Positions 52,791 through 64,000 of a stretch of 64,000 nucleotides of DNA are shown here, piece after piece (the stretch's first letter is position 1; each line of letters starts with the position of its first letter). The translations under genes and the position numbers were made by a program. The DNA comes from Nymphaea colorata (taxonomy: Eukaryota), in the NCBI RefSeq assembly GCF_008831285.2, contig NC_045138.2, forward strand, positions 20,646,001 to 20,710,000, in the 5' to 3' direction. The notes below the pieces were generated by a model. It did no database searches and had not been told where the DNA came from. It saw only the letters and a list, made by a program, of their open reading frames with translations.

Positions 52791-54100
52791 GCACTAAGCA
52801 TTACATAACATGATAATAATAAACATAATTACAAATCTGAAAGATCAAAGTTAATGAAGTTGAACAACTAAAATTTACAAGTTATATAGAACACAATAAA
52901 AGGTCACAAGTATACATCAATGCTTTTCAATGTTATAGAGCATGCCAAGTGCTAAAACTATAATTATAATTTCTAAGCTAAAATTTTAAAAACAAAATCC
53001 AAAATTAATAAAATACCTACAAAAAGAGGGAACATAAAAGTGCAACATAACCATCCTTTATACTTGCTATAAATTTGTCTATATATATATATATATATAT
53101 ATGGTAAAGCTGTATTTTGTCTATATATATATATATGGTAAAGCTGTATTATTGAAAAAATGTCGGCAAATTTTTAAAAAAAATTAAAACATTTAATAAA
53201 TTCTGAAATTTATAAAAAATAAAAATAATAAAATACGAAAAAACAAGAAAAAATGTGTATAATACGTGTATAATATGCTTTTTTCATGTTTTTTTATTTT
53301 TCGGCGTTTTTTAAAAAAAGACACTTCTGACTGCCGTTTTATATGACTGACTTATTTCACGCATATTATAAGCATTTTTTTCGAATGATACGCATTTTAT
53401 GTGGCAATGACATATATAATGCAATAGTTATGTTATTAAATTTTATTAAGAAGAAATTATTTGCATTATTATTTATGTTAAATAATAAGAAATTAACATA
53501 AAATTATTAATTTTATGTTACTAACATATGTTATTAATCACAGTAAAATAGGCAGAACGGGTTAAAAATAGTATTGTATGTGAATTTTAATTTTTTACCT
53601 TTAAGTGAGCATACAGACATACACACGCAATGCTAATCTAATGCAACAACAAAAAGTGAAAAATAACTGCATGAAATAAAGAAAATCTCAGAAGAATAAA
53701 ACGGGAAATAAATTAAATGAAGTAGGTTATTGAAAAAACATAGGCCATTGAGTGCCTACTCCTTAGGCTTAATTTCTACGCATTCTACAATGGAAGATTG
53801 TCTAGAAACAGCTAGCCTACGCCACCAACCAAGCCTGGGGGCATAGGCAGCCTTATATATACTATTGAAAAATGCCCATGCTTCAAAGACTAAAAAGGTG
53901 AAATACTTACAGCAACCTGTGTAATTGTAAGAGGAAGCTGATTCTGTCGAGCTGCCACATAAGCACAAGCACCAACAAGAACAGAGAACCAGCTTCCTCC
54001 ACCCCATTCTCATCCAGTTATCTTTTCAACCATATATTTATTTCACATCATCAGCTCTTGAAGGAGAAAAATCCAAGCTTGACATGATAACAGGGAAAAA

Positions 54101-54503
54101 AAAATCAGTTGGTTATTCTATTGCAAAAAAATCTTGTTATCTTCTAGCCACAACAAGAGCGAGATTGGACCCCGTTATGGCAGAAGAAGAAGTTCACTCA
54201 ACTTGGTACACTAGCAAAAATTTCCTTCAAACAACTTGTGCAGGCTAAGCGATCACAGATTCACAATTCTGACTTGATTTCACTATGGTACCATATTCTT
54301 CCTGTGCCACTTTAAAAGCATTCCACGTGGAGAATTTTATACATGCAATATGGCCTATAGAGGGTTCCAATAAGAGAATCGCCATCCAGATTGATTTATC
54401 CGATGCTGCTAAATTGAAATCACCATAACACAAGAATCAAATTCCCCAAATAACACTCTTTGAGACAACTTGAGTTCTCTATGTGACTATGTCATGCTGA
54501 TGA
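54101..54503 (+). repeat. Block B' (direct copy of 30901-31502)
   Basis: See block B; shared translation FNLAASDKSIW.AILLLEPSIGHIACIKFST. Confidence 0.93.
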
Positions 54504-54726
54504 AAAGCTTGTGCCACTCACGAAACCCCAAATGATGTACGGGTGGAAGTGTGACCATGACATAAAAATGCAAATTTTTTATTACATGCCAACACATCCT
54601 GAGATACCTCCTCCAAAACACCGACAAGAAAATCTGGGAAAGAATCCAGCTTTTGAGCACCAAAAAACATCAATGCAAGCACAGATTGTCGACAGGAACT
54701 TTGCATAAGCAGCCAGAACAAATTTC

Positions 54727-55158
54727 GCGCTCCTTTGCCTTTTACTTTGTTTCTTGCTCATTTTATTCATTTAAAACTCTTGCGACAACCTACAGTGCAG
54801 ATCGTCCAGAAAGTAGTTGCCACTGTATATGACGATGCTGCCTTTGTAGCAAACAGTTCACTTTACCTGTTGTTTTTGGAACCTTTAATTGTAGCAAACA
54901 GCTGATTCCGCATGAATCAGCAAAATCTACTATTATATATTTCTTAAGAATAAAAATTACATTGAATAATTAAAATTAATTAGAAACTTTCAAATATTTA
55001 AAATGACATAAAACATAAATTGGATGACATTTGGCATCCTTGTACTGGCTGATTAAGCAAATTATTGGGTGTCTTTCTTCCGTTTCTGTTTTTTTCTTGG
55101 GTGTCATTGGAAGAAAAGAATATTAAATCCATGATGGGATTTGGTATGGCTTTATTGT
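54727..55158 (-). repeat. Block C' (inverted copy of 39860-40277)
   Basis: Reverse-complement match. Confidence 0.93.
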
Positions 55159-55254
55159 ATCCAGGGAACTGGCGACTTTGATGGCATCCACTGTTGCCTG
55201 CTTAGTGCATTCGTAAAATTTCGAACTCCCTTTCATCTTCTTCTCAAAGTAATT

Positions 55255-57597
55255 AACATTTTTTAAATGTTTTTAGGTGAAATTAAAAATTTTCACTTTC
55301 AAAAAACTTCTTGACATCAAATGGTATATCACCTAGAAGTAGAAACTCGTCTGCCTAAAGAGAGGAGTAAACCAAATGGATTTGTTGGGTAGAAGAATGA
55401 ACTACATCAGCTGTCCTATAAAAGTAGGGTATTCAAAACAAAATGTTGGTTTAAGGGTGAAGGGTTCTCATAAGTGTCAGGTCCTCAACTAATTGGAAGT
55501 TTCAAACAATTGGGTACAAACGACTAGGTTTAGATTGCACAAAAGTTTGGCCCATCGACAACTTGTAGCTTCAATAATTTCACCAATAGTTGGTGAACAC
55601 CACATTTATGAACCAACAAAAAAGCTGTATCCACAATCAGCAAATCAAAGCCCAAACCAGAGCTCTGATACCATAAAAATGTGAGTCACAATAGTGACAT
55701 ATGCAAACCTACAATGAAACTCAATGAAAGGCACCAATGCCAAGTCACCAAGAAAATAAAGAATGCAAAATATAATTGAATATCACCAAAAGTTGTGGAA
55801 AAAGCTTCCCTACAATGGCAAACACAAGATCTACATATACACACATATGAAAGATCTAGCATAAGAGCAGTCTGCGAGCTTATCCTTGTCAAGCATTGAA
55901 GTGGTCTTCTCATTAGCAGAAATCCACTAATAGGATGTTATTAGAAAACACCAGTTACAACTTAGACCATACTGAAGTGAACAATGTATTTGAAAATACT
56001 GATTGGAACCAAATGGTGTTTTGGTTCTAACATTCGAGTTCCTATCAATTAATTCCCAAGAAGTTGGCCTTCATTTTCCTTCTTCTTCTTCTTTTCTTCG
56101 GAGATACCAATATTCATAAGTAAAATTTTAAGATGCTTGAGTGATGCCAAATCCATGTTACGAATCTTTTTGGAGCATCACAGCTAGTTCAAAAAACGCT
56201 CATTTTGAAGTTAGAACGAGGTGTACATGGTTTTAGTCTAATGTCAGCAAAAAAGAAAAATTGAAAGTCCAAAACCTGTCGTTCTAAACCTATTTCACTA
56301 ATGACCGTCAGAACGTAAAACAGAACTTGAAACAAGAAAACATACCAACTGTGCTGCCAAGCTCCTAACCGCACCTTCAATGTAAAAATTTCTCAACCAT
56401 AAAAACAGCCTGCATTTGCGATTTAGGAATCGTCCTTACAACAGTGCTTCAAGTATGGCAAAACATGGCTTATCGGCTCATGTCTAAGACACTGCCAAAC
56501 CATGTTCTGCTGCCAAATTCTATTAAAAGAAAACCCTGCAGGGTTTCATTCCTGGAACAGAGTGTAAGGCCGTAAACGGTCGGCAGAAAACGAATATACC
56601 ATTCTCGGGTCAGAAAATAAAAGCCCTTAAAAAACACGACCATGAAAAACAAAAAAACAAAGGAAATCAGGGAATCTCAATCTCACGAAACAAAAAAAAA
56701 AAAAGCGGATGCCTATGGATTAAAATCGTCCGCAACTAGTGGCAGGAATAGAAGACCCTCAACTTCGGAGATGAGAGCGAGGAAAAGATCGCTCAAATCT
56801 ATCCAACCTGAACAACGTAAGAAAGGAGAAATAGGACAAGGAAATAGCAGGACAGAACACAATCTATCTAATTCATTGCAGGAGAGGGAGTGGGGGGGAG
56901 AGGAACCTGCAGTAGATGAAAATCTCAGAGCTTTCCGCTGGTGAAGAAGACGATGAGAGGAACAAAAGCTTCGCAGAACACGAAGAGCTCCAGCGCCTTC
57001 TTAAACAATCTCTTTTGAAGCAGGCTTCCGGACGAGCTTGGAAGACTTCACGGCAGCCGGCACACTGAGCAGACGTCGCCGGGTGAAAACTGTTTACCGC
57101 CGACCCGGTTCCGCTCACCCATGCAGGACTAGAGGAGGGAGAAGGAAGCTGCAAGGAGGAGGACGGCGGCTGCGGCAGAAGGCGACGCACACCATGCCAG
57201 CCCTAACGGGCTTTTTCATCGAACGGGAAAGTTGATCCGAAATTTCACGGAAAAATCGTCCAACGGACATTTTCTTCAACTCACGTTTAACGGGCAGGAA
57301 AAAGGAAATTCGATTTGCCCCAACGAAACGTTTAAATGCGTAGGGACATTTTTTTTTCAAATTGAATAGTAAATAATTATTTAATTTAAACTATTTTAAA
57401 ATCTTTTTTTTATGTAAGAAATGGCATAAAGCCGCGGCAGAAGAAGCTTGTTTTTCAAGTGAGCTATAATTTTTTCAGTTACATTGATTGGGTTGGGTTA
57501 AGTTTATATTTTTCTTCTTGCTATTAACATGTTTAGCTATCATGTGCTGTATTTTATAAATTATATAAAAAACTATATATCTCGGGCCAGACAAAAT
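55255..57597 (-). repeat. Block D', right arm of the 2.3-kb inverted repeat
   Basis: Reverse complement of 40622-42963. Confidence 0.97.
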
Positions 57598-57600
57598 TAA

Positions 57601-58561
57601 TCAAAACCACGAAAATCCTGATCAGGCTCTTTTATGAAACTATGGCTAATGCATGGCCTTTAAATGATTCATCTTTTTCCTTTTTATTTTCTGACAATCA
57701 GATCTCTCGAGATGCTCAGATATCTCAGACAATCTGAAATCCCCACCAAGTTCGAAATTTGAGCTCACCGCTTGTGTGCTCCGTGCTCGCACAGGAAAAG
57801 GCAAAGCTACCGAATTTCCAGACAACCATGAAGCCAGACTTGACATTTCTTCACTTTTTTTTATCATCTCCCTCTCCTGCTCTCCCTCACCAGGAGAGCA
57901 GGGTGGGTAGTTGCCGAACTTGTACTGCTTATTTGAGTTTTAGGCCGACTCAATAAAAGAAGCTCATTGAGCTGGACTAACCCAAGTTGGGTAAAGAGAG
58001 CCCGACTTGGCCCAGCATACATTTAAACCCCACTTCTCTCTTTTATATATATATACTGTTATGCAAGTAGTCCCTTAGAAACTCTTGCCGTGTTACTGAT
58101 GGCTTTTTTTTTTTTGGCATTTCGTCAACCACTCCTTAGAAACTCTTAGGAGTAGCCGAAGGTTTTTAAGAATCTAAAATATCAATAAAAGAAATATTAA
58201 AAGGTTTAAATAAGGGAAGACAACAAACCAGGTACCCGACAGGCATGAAGATGACGGTTGGACCCAGCCTGATAGCTAAGCAGGCGGGGCTTGAGCTGCA
58301 AACAAGATCTTTGGGCCTAGGTTTGTCTAGCCTCGGCTAGCCCAACCCAGCACCAATTCATTTTCCAAGATACGCCAATATTTAAAAAATGTTGAACTTA
58401 ACCCCTGTAAACTTTTGAAATCTGGGGTCAGAGCTGGTGAAAATTGTTGTGCATGCTGAATGACGGGCACAACCACCGTTTGTAATTGGCAAATGCGAAC
58501 CGGCCTTTGCTGATTTTATGAAGAATCGCTCAAATCGGGTGTTCAACTTGAATAGCCCGAT
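57601..58561 (-). repeat. Block A' (inverted, deleted copy of 28672-30854)
   Basis: Reverse-complement match that lacks the MITE and two of the three tandem units. Confidence 0.9.
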
Positions 58562-60143
58562 TTTGCGCCCGTCATTCCAGGTAGTTTCTTTCAGCTCTCC
58601 GCAATACAAGTTTTCTTCTTCTAGCTTTGTTAGCAAAAATGATGCTCTACAATTGAAAAGTTTTCATGAAAAACTAGCTGTTTCAAGAAGAGGATGGCGA
58701 GATTTACTAAAAAGGGCTTTACAAAATGTGGTATAAAATATAGTAAAAAAGGTGTTTCAAATTACAATTTTTTATAGAGCCTTTTTTTTTCTTATTTTTT
58801 TATTTTAGAGAAGTTAAGCTCTACAGAATCGGCCTATTGAATAGTCCCACATAGTCAGTCGTCATGGAAGAAGATAAAATTAGTGGCATGCCTGAAGGCT
58901 TTTGCCGACCAGTGATGGAAATAATAGGAGGCAGTTGACTCTTTAGCTACATCAATGTCATTCCTTCCCCACATCGAAAACAAATCCTTCCCTTGAGCGT
59001 CATCTTCAAACACAGGGTTTTGAAGCAACGAGTTTTCCCACATATGCTTCTTCTTTGCTGCTACTCTAAGAGATGAATATTCATAGCAATCTTCGTCGTT
59101 GTTAAGGATAATAAATCAATTTCGACAGCTATAATAACAAGGTTACTCACCACTTCTACACTCTTGTTTAAAGCCCCTACATTCTTTTCTCCACTTCCAT
59201 TTTTCATAATTAAGATCCCTTCTTCTTCCCCACGTCTTCAAGCGTTTTCCCTCTACCAAGAAAGTTCAGCTTTCTAGCATGGTTGTTCAATCCACATTGT
59301 CTTATAATGCTCACTCATATGATTATTCACCCCACATTTTTTACGTAAAATTTGATGCTTTCTTCATATATCACCCCTTGTCAGACGATGCAGAGGCAGA
59401 GCCACGTGGGCATGTGTGGTCAGTTGACACCACAATCAAAATAAAAATAATGTATGAGACTTAACATTTTTGGTGCGTTATGCCATTATGTTGTGTTAAA
59501 TATTAATAAATACCCATTACTATATTTATGCCTAACATGTTTTCTTATAAAAGACACGCTTTTCTTGATTTTTTCTCTCTGTCTTATATTTTTCATTTTT
59601 AACATCACAATAGATTTATGACTTTTAATATGCATATATAACCATTTTAGCGTGGGCTATACATTATAAATTTTGTAATATGCACTTTACAACATTAGCA
59701 TCAAGTTGCATCAACCTGTATCTATGACAATCTATAAATGTCTGGATGCCTGATGTACAAATATACAGTGCGGTGAGCAAAATTTATGAAGGACCTTCAA
59801 AAGAATGTTCGCTTAATACAAAGAAATATCAACTGCCAGCATTTTTATCTTCCCTCTCTTCTATCAAACACATGCAGAGGAAAGTCGTAAAACTAATGAC
59901 GAGTACAAATAAACGGAAAGAACATAAGCTATACATGCCTTCAGGACACTACGACAATGATTAAAGCTGAACTTACATGTGTCAAAACAGTTCTGGTTAA
60001 TGAATGAATAGCTATACTGCTGTACACAGGGTTTATCCTAATGTTGAATATGTGCACTGAATCAACCTGAAAGGGCCAGCCATCCTCCAACAACCTTGCT
60101 CCCCAAAAACTGGCACCATCAACCTGCTCAACAGAGGCCATGC

Positions 60144-60256
60144 TACAGTGATAACCATCTACGGCTACACATCACCGCTTCTGATCTGCTCCTTGATGAC
60201 CGAAGAAGCGAAATTGACCATTGCTTCAAAGATCTTCACCAAGGTAATTTTTAAAA
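60144..60256 (-). repeat. Diverged tandem copy of the DUF632 CDS end, in the 3' UTR
   Basis: Matches 60260-60387 (GAAGAAGCGAAATTGACCATTGCTTCAAA.ATCTTCACCAAG) with two small deletions. Confidence 0.9.
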
Positions 60257-60280
60257 CACCACAGCGATAACCATCAATAG

Positions 60281-61061
60281 CTAAGCATCACCGCTAGTTG
60301 GGATTCTGATCTGCTCATAGCCCTTGATGACTGAAGAAGCGAAATTGACCATTGCTTCAAAAATCTTCACCAAGCCAATTTTTAAAATAGTAAAAGCACC
60401 AGATTGAACTTGCCGGACCAGCTCTGCATGCTTGAGTTCCTCTTCCTCCAACCTTTTTTTCATTGCATCAAGTTCCGTCCTTCTATACTGCAAGGAAGTT
60501 TCATCCTCTTTTGTAAATGAAATGGTCAACTTTTCTGGCAGACCTTGGGCATTAGGAATCCTACTTTCCTCCTGCAATAACCTTGCTCTTTTGTCTAGGT
60601 CCTTTGAGAGGTACTGGATCTCCCGACTTTTTCGCTTCTCCTCATCAAGCTGCTCCCAAAGTTTATGTATGTTTGCAACGAAGGCATTGACAGCTTCTAT
60701 CACATGGCTCTCAGAAACGTCTTTCATCAATTGATACCAATCATTGCAAATCACAAATACTGGTGGCGCACCTACTCTGCCTGGTGAAAAAGGGGCAACT
60801 CCATCTGCTGTCACTTCAGGTTTTTCATCTATGCATTTTCTTAACCAATCATTCAAGGTTTTAACATATGCCCTCTGAGCATTCATCCAGTTGACAAGAC
60901 TGGAACACCAACTTGAAGCCCCACGTTCTAGTTGCATTGTTGCACCCATTGCACAGTCGCTTGAGCTAAACCTCGATATCACATCCAGAATTTTACCCTC
61001 CGAAATAGCTTGGAGCTGCTTCTGGTGACATGCTAACATGACTTTCCACATTCTTATCATC
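60281..61061 (-). CDS. Terminal coding exon of a DUF632/DUF630-family protein (NRG2/APSR1/REL2 family); upstream exons lie beyond the right edge
   Basis: Acceptor TGCAG is followed by (G)MIRMWKVMLACHQKQ...W..AQRAYVKTLNDWL...PFSPGRVGAPPVFVICNDW. The frame is open to TAG at 60281-60283. Confidence 0.92.
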
Positions 61062-62468
61062 CTGCATCGTAACCACATTCTTGTGAAGAGGTAAAAATGA
61101 CTCAATTCTATCAGTTTGCAATAAAAATCTCAATCCATCTGGAAGCAACAAATCATAAAACTAATAACAAGGAATCATCACAAAGAATAAAAATGAAATA
61201 AGATAAAACGGGATCAAGATACCAATCAAAGTCTGGATCTGTTCATCATCAAGCATCAAACTTGTCATACACGAAATTAAATGAACTGATACAAATCTAG
61301 AATTTGAGGACACTGCCATATCAAGAACTTTGGTTTGTCAAGAGCAAAGATTGATTTTCCTCTCCCCCATAAATATCATAGCATTGTGCAAAAAGCCCAG
61401 TGACATAAAACCACAGAATGTTATCAGGTGAAGTTTATCATCATTCAACCAAGGATTGCAGTAGGCAAAGTCTAATACAACAAACAGTTCCTTGCATAAT
61501 CTCAGACTTGGTTTGTGCTAGAATTTGACCAATTGATTCATATTAAAGGTTAGAACTTTCATAAGATGGTTTGGGTTTGAGATGTTTCGACCCATTATGG
61601 AACATGAATGTGCATGTATAATGCAGTTTTGGTAAATTATGTCAATGCATTCAATTAGGAAACAAGTCTAGAAATAGAGTGTAGTTCAGTCTCTTTTTTC
61701 TAAGATTCATTCATCAGTAATAGTTAGAAAAGCTCAGAGGAGAAAAAAAAATGGGACAACAAACTTCTAAGCAAGGTGCATCAATAACAATGAACAAATA
61801 TATCACCATGCTTCCATGTTATTATATTTCTTAATTCACGCACAATGCTCCAACAAGGAGGCAATATTTCTTTGACATGTTAATATAAATTTCGTTGAGT
61901 AGCGCCAAGAGATAGGCGCACCAAGGCAAGACGAGGTGATTTAGGTGATATAAAAACAAGATGGAAATTGCAACACTAAATGTTACAGGCAAATCTAACC
62001 ATTTCTTTATATAAAAAACTCTTACCAGATAATTTATAACAGAATAACATCATATTCAATGATAGATTCAAAAAATTATTTCTTTTCAGATCAATGCTCA
62101 TTATTGTTTTTTATGGAGCTGGAGCATACAAAATAAATTAATATAATCTAATGAGCCCATAATATATCAATTATGAAAACAGAAGGGACATAAATCTGCA
62201 ATATATTTCACCACAATTTCAACAGGCCTTTTATCATGATATCGTGGTAATGTCTTCCGTGCCAGTGGTGATTCAACCATTAGACACAGTGACGACTTTC
62301 TAGGTGCTAATTCTTCATCTACGATTCTACAAACTTTGGAATTACCTGGTCAACATTATTTAATGGCACAACAATATGTTTATGTAGCTAAGACAGTGGA
62401 GAAGGAGATGCTACTTCAGGAAGTTGCTCAAAACTCAAAAAGGATACAGACGGCTTACTAGATGCAAC

Positions 62469-63265
62469 CTATGTCACACGGCACGGTACCGGTATGGGTA
62501 CGTTCGTGGGTATGGCGGGAGTGCGGCGTTGACCGCACCGGGTGCGGTCAACGCACCCACAGGCATTTTCGACCGTTTTAAGACTCGGTCAAAGTTGATC
62601 GAGTCTATAGTTGTCTGATTTTAATTAAAACGTTTTTGCGATTTTAACTTTTAAAGGATGAATTTAACGTTAAATTGCTCGAACCCTACCTTTTTCGTTC
62701 CATTTCTGTCGTTCCACTTCCATCTTCACCCGACGAACGGCAGGCAACGGCAAAGGCAAGCGGCGTCCGACGACGGTATTAGCTTTTTTTTCATCGTTTT
62801 CTCCATTTCTGAAACACGGTGGTTGTGCGTGGTCGACAGACGATGCTTTTCTTGCCTGAGCCTTCCATCGTCGCCGTTTTTCTGAATCCTATGTTCTGTT
62901 CCTCGCCTGCAATGCTTTTCCCTCTTTTTTTGTTCGTTTTATTTTTCCAGAATCATCTTTTCTGTTAGGCCCCTGCAGCCGGTTCCCTCTTTGAAGCATC
63001 TGTATATTATGTTGTTCGTTTTATGTTGTTCTTGTCTGAAATGTTGATTTCACTCTCTTTTTCGAGTGGGTTCTTCTGTTTGTCGCCTGAAGTCGGTTCC
63101 CTCTTTGAAGCATCTGTATATTATGTTGTTTACAATCAACTTTTTTGTTTGTTTATGTCGTTCGTTTCTAAAATGTGTTCATTTGGATCATGATTTATGA
63201 ATATAATATTTTGTTTGTAATTTTTTGACATATATATGTGTCAATATGTTATTCTGTTTGAATTT

Positions 63266-63296
<31 letters not shown>

Positions 63297-63435
63297 TCTG
63301 TTTGAATTATATATATATATAATGCCGCGTGTGTGTACGGCCGTACCCCCGCACCCAAATTTTTTGAAAATGGTCCGTACCCGTACTCGCACCGATACCC
63401 GTACCGGCACCCGTACCCGTACCTATGTGACATAG
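62469..63435. mobile_element. Non-autonomous hAT element in the DUF632 gene intron, same family as 18916-19302
   Basis: TIR CTATGTCAC...GTGACATAG, perfect 8-bp TSD GATGCAAC. The right ~110 bp closely matches 19195-19302. Confidence 0.93.
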
Positions 63436-64000
63436 GATGCAACTTGAAATCCCTCAATCCACTATGAATTATACATTCACATAAAAAGCACCTCAATGTG
63501 TTCTGACTGATCATGACTTTACAATGCAACCATGCAAGGTCATTTCCATGTTGTTCCTTTATAATATCTGACATTAAAAATACATTAGCAACTGGCAATA
63601 TAACACATAACTTGTTAAAGAAATCAATATGAAATTATTCAACTTACTGAAAAAAAATATTATAGGAAGTTATAGATAGAAAACAAAAACATTGATATTG
63701 AAAATATCATATAAATGAAGTTTCTAAGGTTAATCAAATGATCTAAATAACCTATTACAAATTTATCAAAATAAAAGATAATAAAGCCCATTCATGTGAA
63801 AATAAGAAGATGCAAGTCCATCATCATCTAAATAGAGAGGTACAACATATTCTTCATTGGTTTCTGGAAAATTGACTTTTTTTTTTTCAGTTCACCGATT
63901 TCCCTCTTTCTCTTTGGTTCTTTAGTTTGTCCATCTTCTTCCATGAACAAATACTTGGGTGGCTGGGCCTACTGTGCCTTTAGGAGTTTCACTTGCATTA

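Noticed and set aside
53075..53150. Short tandem duplication around an (AT)n tract (a similar 22-bp repeat lies at ~38882-38970)
   Set aside because: Ordinary slippage products with no further structure.
40957..57360. Pairs of identical short ORFs on opposite strands, suggesting conserved small proteins
   Set aside because: The identity follows from the DNA inverted repeat. Most start at non-ATG codons and none has a recognisable domain.

Overview
Plant (angiosperm) nuclear genomic DNA. The left 24 kb holds the first 16 coding exons of a minus-strand kinesin-7 gene (KIN-7C/KIN-7E-like). Its introns carry a decayed Ty1/copia element, a 3.5-kb Tekay/Del-type solo LTR containing a 537-bp pure GGC/GAC triplet array, and several hAT-type MITEs. 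The middle (about 28.7-58.6 kb) has no intact gene. It contains a decayed NERD1-like (FG-GAP repeat) pseudogene whose first intron is split by a full-length Reina-type chromovirus with intact TSD. It also contains a shuffled set of four duplicated blocks, three inverted and one direct. One block is a 2.3-kb inverted repeat about 12 kb apart whose 1.9-kb core is almost identical while its flanks are diverged. The right end holds the last exon of a minus-strand DUF632/DUF630 gene and another hAT MITE. All alignments and homology calls were made by eye or from remembered protein families; no searches were run.
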